From the NCBI GenBank assembly GCA_013265495.1, contig MU057801.1, positions 2,882,765-2,946,764 on the forward strand: 64,000 nucleotides of DNA, read 5' to 3'. This DNA comes from Vicugna vicugna (Eukaryota). Below, piece by piece: positions 1 to 13,605 of the stretch. Position 1 is the stretch's first letter, and each line of letters opens with the position of its first letter. Below the pieces are notes generated by a model. It was not told the DNA's origin and made no database searches. It was given only the letters and a program-made list of their open reading frames with translations. Made by a program: the position numbers and the translations under genes.

Positions 1-785
1 GTTTTAAATTTCCCTTGTGATTTCTTCTTTGAGTCATCAGTTATAAGGTATCTATTCTCATGAAATTTTTAATGACCCCTAATAAAAGGGATGCAGCTTA
101 AATATATTAAAAAAAAAAACACTAGTTACTAGCACTAATACTGGGATGTTAAAAACCATCTCTGTTAAGCAGTGTCCAAAATCCTCCTCAGGTGAAATTT
201 ACTGAACTAATTTTAATATGCACTAAAGAGCTGAGACCTGCAGCCTGAAAATCTTGTTCTGAATGATCTCGGCATGAGGCAGGGCAGAAGGATGGAAGGA
301 TCAGGGAGAAAGCAAGGAGCTGAAAGCTGCTCCTGGGGCATGGAAGGAGGAAATCTTACATAATAACATGCAGACTCAGATGCCACCAAGGACCAAGCAG
401 GTAAGTGGTTTCTTCTTAGATCATGGGGAAAGCACACACTCTACCCAAAGGTGTATGTTTTTACTCTGAAGTAATCTTTATACCATTCTTCTGGGTTACT
501 GGTTCCTACACTGCACACCCTAAGGAGGCTCCTGGAGTTGCTGCCTCACCCCTTGCAAGGGGTCAAAAGTGGTGTAGGCATCCAGGTCCAGGCACACTTC
601 CAGCCCTGAGGTAACTAGCAGGCATGTGAGAACTTGAAGACCTGATGTTTTTTTCCCCTTACACATGCATTTAGATACTATCTGGGCCAGTATCTTTCTA
701 TCTCTTTTGCTGTCTGACTCCAATAAGTATTTTTAAACTTTCTGTCTCTTGAAACAATTTTGAGTTCACATCTAAAATTTGTTAT

Positions 786-840
786 TTGACACAACATTGT
801 AAAATGACTATAATTCAATAAAAAATGTTAAAAAATAAAA
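786..840 (+). mobile_element. Extremely 5'-truncated young L1 (3' tail only) with perfect TSD
   Basis: ttgacacaacattgtaaaatgactataattcAATAAAaaatgttaaaaaataaaa, flanked by TAAAATTTGTTAT at 773-785 and 841-853. Confidence 0.85.
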
Positions 841-1599
841 TAAAATTTGTTATAAGTTTAATTAGTTGCAGAGGGTGTAATTTTTGGTACATAGTAAATA
901 CTGATGATTTTAAATGCACAACTCTCTTAAATGTATGGAACAGAATCAAAATACCACAGTGACTTAACACCTACCGTCACTCATTTTGAAAATACAGGAA
1001 TACGCTACAATTAGGTTAGAAACCATTTGTGGTTCCTTTTTCTCCTTGAAAATGAATTCCCATTTTACTTTCCAAACAGAATGCTATCCTGATATAGTAT
1101 GCTATGCTTCAGACTGTTTGTTGATAGTCCTGCCATGTCCCTCCTGAACAAAAACTAGAAATGGAAAAATTTATGTATCTGTAGCAACAAGGCTCTACAT
1201 TAAAAATGTTTTCTTCTGGACTGAGTTATCATTATAATTGTCATACACATTAATCAAAATGACAAGTATGTTATATTTTTGGTAAGTTAATATTAAGCAT
1301 TAAAAAGTAAACTTTTATTGAAAATGCATTTCTGAATGAGTTGGATTCCACTACTTTTCCAAATGCATCATGTCTCTCTCTACATATTACTCACTGATAG
1401 AAAACAGAGAAGAGTTAGCATGAATTCCATGTCTGCTCTTGGGTTTTAAAGATGTAAGTACTGAGAACCTGTTCACAACAGTAACAGGGAATGGAAGTTC
1501 ACTGGTATCACCACTTCTCCAGGGTTATAATGCCAAATATCACATACTGAAAAAAACTTAAATTTTTAATGAGCTAGCTCAACTGAGCCCTTGTTCATT

Positions 1600-1880
1600 T
1601 TCGCTGACAGCTAAGAATTTGACACCACCTGACTTGCAAAATAATTTTTATGCAGTCACGAGACATTCACTTCCTCAGTTTTTCCACTTTTACCGAGAAC
1701 CGAGCCCTCTTCTCCACTGTGCTAAGTCATCACCTCGCCTTGATATCTGGTCAAGTCTCTCACCCCACCCCCACCTTTGAGGTCTAAACCCTGGACCTGC
1801 CTTTAGCAAGGGTCCCCTACCCTTAATGTCTCTTCTTGGTAATTTTCCATCTGCTCTATCTGTTGTCTATACATCCTGAG
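1600..1880 (+). mobile_element. ERV1 LTR fragment, MER31-like
   Basis: Motifs gatatctggtcaa..., ccccctacccttaatgtctcttcttggtaattttccatc resemble recalled MER31 consensus; boundaries approximate. Confidence 0.5.
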
Positions 1881-2484
1881 CTATCTCTTCACAAGGCGTC
1901 CAGACAGGCCTGTACAGGGAACTGACCTTCCATGGCTCCCTCTGCCCACGCTGCCAGGCCCTGTCCTTCCCACCCCAGCTCCCACCTCCCTGCAGTCACT
2001 AGAGCTTTAGGCCCCTGCCTCCCTCAGGGGCTGTTAAGGGACTCAGGGGGCTCCACACAGCATCTACCTGAGGCTGAAAAGGAAAAATGACAAACTGGAA
2101 GCAGGTAGGGTGTTTTACTCACTCAGCTGGGCCTTGAGAGCACCCAGACTGCTGCTCGGTATTTCCAAAAAGTCCCTCACCCAAAACTTAGTACATTGCC
2201 TCCGCAAGATTACTTATCAGGGGAAATGAAAATCTGAAAAGTTAAATATTGTAAAAAGCATTAGCCCTCATCTTGAGCAGGTAAACTTAACTTGTTCTGT
2301 CTCCCCAAAACTAAATTCAGATAAAAAGATAAAGTAGGGCAAAGACAAGAAACCACTCCCTTGTAAGTTGGTGAGTTTGGTGTGACTGCGGCTGCGCTGA
2401 CTCATGGCTAGACTGCCAGGACGGTGAGTGCAGGAAGATCGTCTGCATCTGACTGTGTATGCACCTACAGACGCACGCCACCTA

Positions 2485-2688
2485 CAGCTGATCCCCGAGC
2501 AGCACAGGGGCAGGGGAGCCCACCCACCACACAGCTGAAAAGCCAAGCAGAACTTAAGAGTTGGCCCGTGTCTCTGCAGTTCCACATCTGCAGATTCAGC
2601 CAGCCATGGATCACGTGGGACTCTGGTACATATTTGGCATATGCGTGGACCTGCACTGTTCAAACCCTTATTGTTCAAGGGTCCACTG
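2485..2688 (+). mobile_element. Tigger2-derived MITE (Tigger2a/MER8-like)
   Basis: TA|cagctgatccccgagca...tgttcaagggtccactg|TA: degenerate terminal inverted repeats and TA target duplication. Confidence 0.8.
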
Positions 2689-3122
2689 TAAATGTGACGT
2701 TTTCCCACCCCTGGATGGTACTGCCAAGTTAATCTATAAAACCCCTCAAGGACCTCTGTTCTAATCAGCTTAAAGGGAAATAAATGCTAAATTAAATATT
2801 ACTAAAACTCCCAGAAGTATAGGAATTAGCCCAAATATTTTTCAAGTTCATGTATAAATAAGGTCAGTTTGGTGTTACCAGTTTAATAAACACAGTTGCT
2901 CAGAGTTATCAGCATTAAGTATAATATGAGCACACGTTATTTGACTAATAAACACGGGTAGAATAACAATTTGACAGGTCTACTAGATTTTTAAGGTTAT
3001 AAAAATTTTAAGTTCAACCTAAGAATAAAAGTACAAGTGAATCTGCAGTAAAATAAATTGCTTGAAATTCATTATTTCATGTCTAGTGCAACAATAAAAC
3101 AATTTAAAAAACCCATGTATTG

Positions 3123-3419
3123 TAGATACTGACAGGCACATGCAGAATAGATAAACAAGGTAATACTGTGTAGCACAGGGAAACATATACACGATCTGGT
3201 GATAACTCACAGTGAAAAAGAATGTGACAATGAACATATGTATGTTCGTGTATAACTGAAAAATTGTGCTCTACACTGGAAATTGACACAACATTGTAAA
3301 CTCAATTTAAAAAATGTGAAAAAAGAATTTTACCTGCTGTAAAAAGCCAATATTATAATAGGGTTTGTAATTTTCACTTAACGTACATCTGAAAATAAAT
3401 ATTAAAACACTAAAAAAAA
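3123..3419 (+). mobile_element. L1 3' UTR fragment (camelid-type) with candidate 3' transduction
   Basis: agaatagataaacaagg...tagcacagggaa...tgtgctctacactggaaattgacacaacattgtaaa, then ~87 bp of non-L1 sequence with AATAAA and an A8 tail; ATGTATTG on both sides. Confidence 0.75.
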
Positions 3420-6400
3420 TGTATTGAACTTTCTAAGGTTTTTTTTATTTTGATTTTTCACACTTGCCTAACATGCACATGTTGTAAAAATAATAAACAG
3501 GGAAACAACTTCACGATGATGAGCTTTGCTTAATGTCTTACGAAATTTTCATGAACAAGCCAAGCATAATTGTTAAGAGCAAGTGTATTAGGTCGATGTA
3601 AGTGAAATAAAGTTTTATGAATGGATTTTTCAACAGTAATTACTTTTTATGATATGTATGCCTAAAATAGTTTTAAAAATCTTTTTGATAACTTTCAACT
3701 TTAAAGTCATACTAAATTAAGTAATAGACATTTATAAAATACTTATTTCTAAAAAGATAAAATACTAAAATATTCATTATTAAGCCTAAGTTTAGGTTTA
3801 TATGCTTTTGGCTTTTTATCTTTATATACTACAGAGAGGCTAAAGATATTTGAGTCTGGTAATAAACACGTTCTTTTTGCCACACTGAAAAATTTTATTC
3901 TAAGGAAGCAATATCTGTAAAATTGTGAAATGGGATATTCATAAAATTTGCTAATCTGTTACAAAATGTTGGTGGTATGACAGACAATTCACAACTGTCT
4001 ACAACCTAGTTTTCTCGGAAAGATAAAGGTTACTAGAAATAATAAGGACAAAGGGCAACAACTTTGCATGAAAAGTAGGCAAGGAATATAGTAAGTGTTT
4101 TTGTTAAGGGAAAAAGAGTAAATTTTGTCCTAAAGTAAAATAATTGCTCGTTCCAGAATGAGAGAAAAGGGAAGAGCAGGACAAAGCCTGAATGGCTACA
4201 GAGAGCTGTAGGTAGTTCATGGGAAGGAATCTTACGTTGCGTCGTCAAAGCTGGCGAAGGTTGGATGAACTTATTTATAGGGTTAAAAAAAAAATGAGCT
4301 TGAGTATTAATACTACCTGAATGCAAAACTAGTATTTGGTTGTCTCACTGTTAAAATGATAACAATTCCTTGGACTATAGGTCTGCTCTTAACAAGTAAG
4401 TGGCTGTAAAAGAGTTCTCTTTCCATTTTAAGCAATCTGCCCAGGAAACAAAGGTTTTAAGTCTTATCAGAGTATCTTCTTTATGTCAACCTTTATGTCA
4501 TGTCTTTGACTATTTAAGAGACCCAAGTTCTGTTACAATCACGTTACCTGCTACAGCTACTTTTGAATTCGTTTATTATCACTTTGGTTAAATAAGTAAA
4601 GTATTGTTTCACAGTGATCTATGACCCTATTTAGGTAAGTGTTCAAACCTTTTGATGTTTTTGATAACTTGTGGTATTTTGCCTTCCCAAAATCAAATCC
4701 TAAAATAAACCTTGATTTCAAACTGATTTTGGGATTTCCCAGAAGGCACCTGGAAAATGGCAGTTTGTTCCTTAGCTTGTAAAAAGAGCTATAAAAGACA
4801 GTCAGATCTGTCCGATGTGCTGGTTGCAAGTAAGTACTGTGAAAAAGAGAGATGCTCAACCTGCCCTAGGTTGTATTAATAAATGTTGTTAATATAAGCA
4901 TTTCGGAAATTGTACAACGTTCCCAGAAATTTGTCAATGCCTCCGCTATCGTAACACGTGCTGGTGTAATTCTGGTTAGGACTTAACATGCTTATGTCAT
5001 AGAAACCGAAGTTCCTTGTCAACTGCATTATTTTTACAGTGAACTCTCATCATATCTTGAACCATGGCCATTCTAAGCCTTCTGTCATCCACAGACAGTT
5101 TCTGTTTTACACTGAGTCTTCCTAAGAGCGTTTGACATCAGTCACAGGTCAAAGTGCAACAAAAAGAGACTGTCTCAGACACCCACGGGAAGGACCAAGA
5201 CACACACTCCAGGGCTTCTGACGGCATTGCTTTCTGACCATTCCACTGGTCTGAGTAAGGATTTCTACCGCTCCAGTGGAGAAGCTGATGGACTCAACAA
5301 AACTACCAACATGAGATCAAGGAGAACAAGAGTTAATTACACGGGACTGAATGAAATGCTCTTGAAGAATGTTTTTTTTTATGGCTTTTGTTTGGAATAT
5401 TGCTGATGCCTTAATTTTCTATTTTCTAGGTGTAAGGAATCCCTTTTTCCTTCCTCTTCTGTTATCTGTGATTTGTAGCAATTTAGTGGATGAGACTTTT
5501 GTAAACAGAAATGAAACATTTATCTTTTTCTCCCTACCTGATCCTTCCTGAGTCACAGACTATGATTGAATAATTGTATTTTCATGACAATGTAATTATT
5601 TGTGTTAAGTTCAATAAGAATCCATCCTCTTTGTACAGACCATAACTGGAAACACTGGTTATGTAGCCAAGACTTTGACTGGAATGGCATTTTGAAGAAT
5701 GATGCATAGAATTGTACGCGACCAGACAGCTTTAAGGGACTAAGGTCGACTTTATGGAACCAATGCCTAGAAACCAAAGACAGGCCTGGTACCTAACTTA
5801 CAACGTTCCCAGCCTTACTTAAAGGTCAATTCCTGGCAGTCCCCAAAAGTATAAGACATTTTGAGGCCTTCAAGAAGACCGGAAATCAACCAAACAAACC
5901 TCCAGGTACTGCAGTTCTTGGCTTGGCTTTCTAGCTTCCAAAGACTTTTAAAAGTCTAATCTGAGATTCTTTATGAAATGTTCCAGCAAAGTAAGCTTTT
6001 AAAAGGCATATGTGGTCAACTGGTATTCTTGCTGCACTTAACGTAAATAATTAGGTCAAATCTAACGAGAAGAGATGTACTTTTGTAAAGAAAAACAATC
6101 TTACTTTTAGTATCTTCAATCAAGGAAGGATGCTACTATGGAGATAAATTTCATGTTTCAACAGAAAACTGTAGCACATCCTCATGGGTTATTCGATTCT
6201 AGTCCTGTTTATTACCTTTGAAGTTTTATTATTATCTGTAAACTGGCCCAAATTTTGCCCTCTTGTATTTTGTCAGTCTTTACCAAATTCTCAATTCTTT
6301 GGGCTTCCTTCAACACCTGGTTACAACCCTCCAAATGAACATTTCTAATTTTCCTCCTGCCCTCCTGATGCAAGGTACCTAAGACCTGACTGCCCAGATC

Positions 6401-6849
6401 CTCACTGGGACTCCAGACTGCTGTGCGGTGTGCCCTCGCCCAAGGATCTGAAAAGTCTTGCTAGCTGAAGCTGATCGACTTGATGTAAACCTCAGTAGAC
6501 GCTTCACAGAGCAGATCACATGTGGGATGTCACCACCAAAGACATTTAAACCGCAAACCAGGAAATACTTGGACTGCCACTGCCACCCTCACTCTACCAT
6601 CTAAAAATGCTACAAACTCAGCATTTACAAATCTTCTGACTGACTGCCCTTGGGACTCAGAAACTGGGTTTAGAATCTGCTTCAACCATTAATCTTTGTT
6701 TTTCTTTTTGTTTCCTTGTTCTAATCTGAGTTCTTCCTTTCCAGTGCAGATGGCTTACTTCTCACCTTCTCAGCTGACTCTTCTCTCTCTGCAGCAATTA
6801 ACTAGCTCCTTGCTCTTGAAACTTCTTGGGAAGTTTCAAGTGGGGGGAA

Positions 6850-7423
6850 TGTGGGGACTGACAACCCACCAGAAAAGGACAAAATTGCTTCCAAGTGAAA
6901 ACATGTGATTGCTAACAGACACACAAATCTCATCTGAAATTCCTCTCCTGCCTAGAGCAGAACTTTAGGAGAGCAGCTGCCACAAACCACCCCTGGGGAG
7001 GTCTCCAGTCAGGGAGGCGACTGGCCTTGAGTACAGGACATTCCACAAGACCTGTGTAAAAAGGCCTCATTGGAAGCTTCCGTCCCATAAAGCCCGAACC
7101 CTGCCCTCCCCTTATGAAGCTGGTGTATGAAGCTCTCCCTCGGGCTGTTGGAGGAGCTGCTCTCCCTGCGGCACGCCCATGTGCACAATGCACTTCTCTC
7201 CGTCCACCCGTCTGCTATCTCCTACTGCAGATCTAAGTCGGTGCAGGGAAAGTCCTCCCCAACAGCAGCATCGCTGGGTCTGGCTCCTTCTGCTCCAACA
7301 AGATGAACTCCTGCCAGCAGGGACCTGGTCTTTCACCCTTGTTTCCGTGGCACCAAACTCAATGCCATGCCTACTGTTTGTGCTCAGTGAACCCTTGACT
7401 GAAGATTTACTGCCCCATGATCA
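6850..7423 (+). mobile_element. ERV 3' LTR
   Basis: Purine tract ...aagtggggggaa (ending 6849) immediately followed by TGtgggg; TATA-like cataaa near 7086; ends ...ccccatgatCA; ~575 bp. Confidence 0.7.
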
Positions 7424-10400
7424 TTAATGCAGAAAATTACCAGAACCACCACCAACTTCTCTGGGCTCCCTCTACACGCACAGTGCCACAGTTTCTTGTT
7501 TCATAGCCTGTATCTCCAACCAAGCAACTGTGCTGAAAGTCACTCTGGTTGACAGTCATTTGGCTGTGTACTACAATCTTCTGAGAAATTTACAAAATGT
7601 CAATGTCTGGAATTTGCTTCAGAGGTTCTAGTCAAAAAGAAAAAAAAAGAAATGCTAGTTTTATTGGCCACTGGGCTCTATGCCATGGTTTCTCTTGTCT
7701 TTTAAAAACCTACTCACAGAATCTAATGCAGCCCAGACACAGCCAGTCTGTCAGTAACTGACAGGCTAAATGAAGGGCTATAGCTAGAAGGCTACCTGTC
7801 TCTCTCAAGCTCAGGACACAGTTTTCTCAAAAAGGGTCTTTAGTCATCGCACACATCTATAAAATGATTCCTCAAAATTCAATTTAATTTTAATTCATAG
7901 CTACATAGCCTCCAAAAGTGGTGATTTTAAATTAGCAGCTCTATCACCCTGTAGTTCTCTAACATCCAAACAAATTTAAAGAATTTCTAGAGGAACACGA
8001 GCCAGTTTAAAACCTGACTCTATCGCTAAGTAACACAAAAACAGTAACTGAAATAAATCAAAAATACCACGTTTTTAATGCTTTTCCCAAATCCTAGAGC
8101 TGAAAGCAAGCCTCGTTTTCTTTCTGGTAAATAGACACCATGATTAATGTACCTTTAAATTTAACTCCCAAAGTCTGAACAAGTACCTGTAAATGAGAAT
8201 AAAGAAGTCAAAGCACAAACTCAAAGAAAAAGCAAATTTATGAGCAGAATATACAACCGTAACAACTAGTTGTTCCAAAGGTAACCCTCTCAAACACGTG
8301 CTTGAGAGCAGAAGCGCACAAGCGAGGGTCCAGAGGGAAAGCACAGCCAGCCAAAGCCGCCCGTCCACCCTCTGTCCAGGCTGGCAGGTCCACCTCAGGG
8401 CAGAACTGGGACCATTCCTCTCCGTCACTGGTCACCATACCCAGGGCTCCTGCTGCAGAGTGACTGTGCTCTCGTGACGACTGAGGGAACCAGCAAGTGC
8501 CTGTCTGCCCGGAAGCCCCTTGGCACTTGCCTCTACTTCACCCTCACGGCCTGTCCCCTACCCCTGCTGAGCCAGACCCATGCTGGCCAGTGCTCTATCA
8601 GTGATGCCCATGATCACGGAAGCGTCACCACCCACACTTCACAGAGTCGTAGACTACGTCTCCCCTGCCCTGGTGCTGGGAACAGGCCAGTAAAGGTGCT
8701 GACGAGGCCTGAATCCTTCCTGCTAGTCTCTGTATAAACCTGGAAGGGTCAGAGAATTGGGGGCAAAGGAAGCCACCCTGGAGTGGCTAAGTGACAGGAC
8801 CTGAAGTTTCTAATTTCAAGACTCAAACCACTTTCACAAGTAAATAAACAAAAAGGATAGGAGTTTCTGGCCTCTACCGACCAAATAAGTTTGGTGAAGC
8901 AGGAAACTGCATCTAGTGGTAAGCAAAAGCCGACAACCAGAATTCGGCCCTCAAGACTGCTCCTACCTGCGGAGCCAGTTCACAGCTGTGGGTGGCAGAA
9001 GCCAGACACACAGGTGATGCTGTCCCGGAAGCAGGAGAGGGGCGGGCAGGAGGGTCTGGGGAGAGCCTGGGGCGGGAAGACCAGGGAAGGAGGCCTGCTG
9101 CACCTCTTGGCTCTCAGTGCCCACAGTGGGGGGACCCCCCGACTGACCTCTGCTCTGGTGCCAGAAGTTCACTCACATTTACGGCCCAGAGCTTTCACGC
9201 ATTCTAGCTTTTCAGCGTCCCTCGCCAGGCCCCATGCCTTCTGGGCTACAGCACTGTGTGAGACACTGAGGCCCGTGCACGAGCACCCGGCCCCGGTGCA
9301 GCTGAATACGCGCATCCTTCCTGACGTCCAAGACGAAGACATTAGTGGGTCAGACCATCCACAGAGACACACAGGATCTTAACGGCAACATGAAAGGAAA
9401 TCCAGCAAGTCAAACTATTGAGTCCACAAAATCCTCTGCAAGACAGGACTGTACTGTCGCCTCTGCTCAGCTTTCGCCCATCCGTTCCATCTTCTTAGAA
9501 CGACAGTGCTCACACTCCCTCCAGCAATTCGGGATTAGAACCCTGCCCCAATGGCTTGTCGTCTGCTCTCGTATCCGACCTGGGCTTTCTCCTTCCTGTC
9601 TCTCTCTCTTCTCCTTCTGTGTCTCCTAAAAAGGTACTCAAACATAATTAACTGCTTTGAACAATGGAAACACGATTTTTTGGTAAGAGGTTTGAGCTAT
9701 CAAAGTCTGTCTTTGGAATGGGAAATAGGAAAGAAAAAATGGTACAGTCATTCACAAAGTCCCCCACCTCAAATAAACGCTACTACATCCTCTGAGAGGC
9801 TAGAGCTGGAAATTCTGTATTATACAGAACCAGCAGGTGTTAAGAAGTGAAACCTGTCTGATACCCTGTCGACTTGAAAACACTTCATGCAGGATGAAGA
9901 CAGGCAGGGTTCACTCTCATCCACTGCTATTGCCTACCAAAGGAAAACTGGCAGAAAAGAAATGAACATTTTAAATAACAGACCCCTGTCCCCATTTCAA
10001 GGGCAAAACAGAAAAAAAGAATGGGGCTGAGCTAAAAGGCCATGTCTCTAAGCTCAATCTAAGAAAGCTTCGTGATGGATGGAGTTGTCATCTTTTAATG
10101 ATAAAAAAGCAAAACATCTTTGAGTAAATTGAAAAGGTAAATATTTTTTAAAGATTTTTCATTGCATGCCACCAAATAAAAATCATTTATACTTTAAGGA
10201 GGCTGTCTTCTTTTCCCCCACTTTGAGCTGTGAAACTAAGGCAACAATACGAAGATGGGCAGATACAGAGAGGCCGTTCTTGAGAGAACAGAAGCCAAAT
10301 CTAGGAACCAAGGAAGCTCAAAAGATGCTCTTTACTTAGGGAAACTTCAGCGAGCAAGCTTGTTTATATCAATGGAGTTCCTGCACTTTGGAGATAAAAA

Positions 10401-13400
10401 ACAAAAGTATACCTTACACGTGTTACCTAGAACCTTCCCGTCAACTGCACCTACAGAACTGAAAGGGAGAGACACCCAGGGGCAGGCCTGCTGGTCAGTC
10501 TGCGGGGCAGCTGGCACAAGCCCTCAGACACCCCTTAGCCGATGACCACTCAGGGCTTGCAAGATTCTCTATGCAACTCAGCCTGCCTGCTTCCAGGCCG
10601 TGGCTTCCTGTGCACTGCTTTGACACCCAATGATTTAAAGCTGCTGGGACCTGGCTGCCCTCTCTCTCCTGGAGGCGTGAGCTGGGCCAGAATACCTGCC
10701 GCTGCTGTGGATGCACCCCCGTCTCCAGCACCAACCTGGGGGCCGACTCCACCTGCACGGGACCCTCGGCAAGCAAACCCCAGAAGTGCCCAGATGGGCG
10801 CACACACTCCTCGGCAGAAGGGCTGCAGCTCTGGGAAGACGTGAGAACCAGAAGTGGGTCCTGCTGAGCAGGCAGTGGCGCCTGCCTCTACTCTGATTTC
10901 CAAATTGACACTGATTTGCTTTTCAACTCACTGTTCCCACCGGCCTGACTCCTCCACTGTGGGAGGGAACCAAGTGCTGGATGAAGACTCAGAGCAAGGC
11001 CCCCACCCAGCCAAGCAGCCCCGGAGGCAGGCAAGCCCTGGTGGTGCTTCCCTGCAGCGGAGCACTGGGGACTCTGTGGCACAGCATCCCAGACCCGGGC
11101 TCTGCATGGCCGTGGGGGTGGAGCTGGCTGGGCACTCAACAGCCCGCATGCAGAGGCAGATCTACTCTCTGAGCCTCGGTCTCCTCTGCTCTACTGGAAT
11201 CTACCTGAAAGGCTCGCTGTGCAGAGTAAACAGATGAACAAGGAAGTGAAATGCTCAGCATGGTCTCTCTGGGCAGAAACACTGAATTCAACTGAAGGGG
11301 CCTCTGTCAGGGGCCGGCAGGAAGCAAAGACACCCTGGTTTTGTCCAGCCCTGCTTGGCCAAACTGCGCAGCTGAACTCAAATTTCTTGCTCTGGTGTCT
11401 TAAATTACAATTACTCTTTAGCCACATTAGTGCTGAAAAGAAGTCTGATGCTTCAGAAGTGACGCCAGTAACACCACGTGCAACATCAGAAGGGAAGCTC
11501 ACGGCAAGCAGGCGAGGGCTGCGGTGGGGCCAGTCTCCCCCGAGCTGGACCCCTCACCTCTGCAGCCTTGTCCCCAGGACACTGCACTTTCTGGCGGAGT
11601 CACAGGACCTTCCTGTCCGGCTTGGGTGTGCTCTGCCCGAGGACCCCAGAGCATATGCCCTTGGGCAGCGAAGGCCAGGGGGCACCGTGCTCTGTGCTGA
11701 GCAGGCCCAGCACTGCCTCCTCTGCTAAAAACGGCCAAGCTACCAGCTCTTACGCAGAATTACACGGCAGCGGCCAGTGCTGCTTCCTAGTCATCTCTGG
11801 CCCTGTGCCTTCCTGGGACCACAGCAGGAGGGCATGCCCCTCCTTCAGAGTTGGGGCGGTCAAGTGACATGCTCTGGCTAAAGAAATGTGAGCAGAGAGA
11901 CCACATCCCTTCTGGGTGGACACTTCAGGAGCAGCCAACGGCCCCCAAGGTGGAGGGAGGGTGTGTGGAGATGGAGGCCCTGCTGGCCCGGCGCCCGGGT
12001 GACCACAATGAGCAGAGTCCACACCAGACACGTGGTGGGGACAGCGGGTAAGAAACACACCAGTGCGCCAGGGGTCCTGCTGCATGACCTGGTCTGCCCT
12101 GGCCAACACTCGCCTCTTTACCTGAGGGCCCTCAGGTAAGACCAACAACGTGTAGGCCTGAAAGGACTGAGCGCCAGGCCTGCATATCCAGCTGTCTCCC
12201 CACGTGGAGTCTCACAGGCAAATCGAAATTCAACGTCAGAACCAAATTCTTCCACCCTCTCCTCCCCTCGGTTCTTCATCTCAGCAAACACCAGGTGCCC
12301 ACACAGACCCCAGCAGTCAGTGCTGAACCCACTTCTTCCCCATCTCCACCTCCATCCCACCCACACCAAGTTTCAAGTCCATCCACCTCTAGACAGCTTG
12401 CCTGCTCCTCTCTGGTCCACGTATCTTACCCAGATCAGCAGCCCTAACCTTTTTTGATGACACATTCAGTCAGTACCATTTTTAGAGCATGCCCTCAATG
12501 CTTATGTACTTATTAAATTACACACATGTATGACTGGTTGGTTAATATCTGAATATGAATATAACTAGAAGGCCCAATATTTTCTTCCCACATCTCAATG
12601 ACTGTCTCACACAACCCCTGGGTGAACTCACCCCATTCTGGAGATCAATACCTTGGCCTTCTTAAGACCTCTTAATGGAACCCCTGACCTCTGCCTGCCT
12701 GCTATATAAGCCAAGAGACCTTTTTCAAATGTAAATTTGATCACATCCCTGCTCCCTTAAAACCTTCAGATGCAAAGGATCTGAAACAGATCCCAGGAGT
12801 GCTGCCCACCTCTGGTCCTCCAGTTCCTTCCAGTTTCTCACAAGGGTCTAGGGTTTCCCCAACCAGTACCCTTCCTTCCAGTCCTGTGGCTCCTGCAGGA
12901 CTCAGCTTCAAGGCCATTTGCTCTGACGCCTCCCTGGCTGTTGCATCTAACTGTGCCCCTCTTACAATCACTTTCACAGTCAGTATGAAGGATATTAACT
13001 CCATCTGACATCTTACGTATTTTTAAAATACTTCCCTATATCAGTTGACTTTTTATTTAGAAATACTTTTAATTAGAGGACACTTTTTAATTTTTATGTG
13101 TTCTTATTATATGAGTTTTTTTCTTTATGCTTTCTTCCTCTACTTTTTGGGTAGACATTCTTCTCTGACCTTGAGATTGAGAATCTCATTTTTCTTTTAG
13201 GACTTTACACTTTAGACTCAATCGCGGAATGTACTTTTGGCATACGGTGGGAAGGAGGGCTCTGAGTTTATATATTCCTAGTTATCCGATAGTTTCTATC
13301 CATCTAAAACGCCACCTTGAACAGACGTTAAAATTTTATTTACCAGGCTTAAGATGGTAGATTTAACTGTTTCCTCCAAAACCCCCCGAAAAATGAGTTT

Positions 13401-13605
13401 TTTTTTTTTTTAGCATAAAATCCTAGAGTCAAAGAATGAGAGAAGAGACCAAAATTTTGGAAGCTGGGAACTTCTAAATTTAGTTGGCACCCCCAGGAAG
13501 TCCTAAGCCAGGATGCAAAGAGATAGGGCATGTGACAGGTGGTTCCTGTGCCTGTGGAAGGGGCTCAGGCTGAGACCCAAATCAGGAGGGCAATATTAAA
13601 AACCC

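Larger units (their letters stand above)
2100..6849 (+). mobile_element. Degenerate non-coding ERV1 (MER4-group-like) internal region, interrupted by Tigger2 and L1 insertions
   Basis: AT-rich internal motifs typical of MER4-group elements (aaatgaaacatttatctttttctccctacctgatcc; ttgctgcacttaacgtaaataattagg); ends in a polypurine tract abutting an LTR; left boundary uncertain. Confidence 0.6.

Noticed and set aside
8400..12400. GC-rich intronic stretch with many 100-170 aa ORFs, possibly a nested gene
   Set aside because: No recognisable protein, no consistent exon chain and no CpG island; ORF density is explained by GC content
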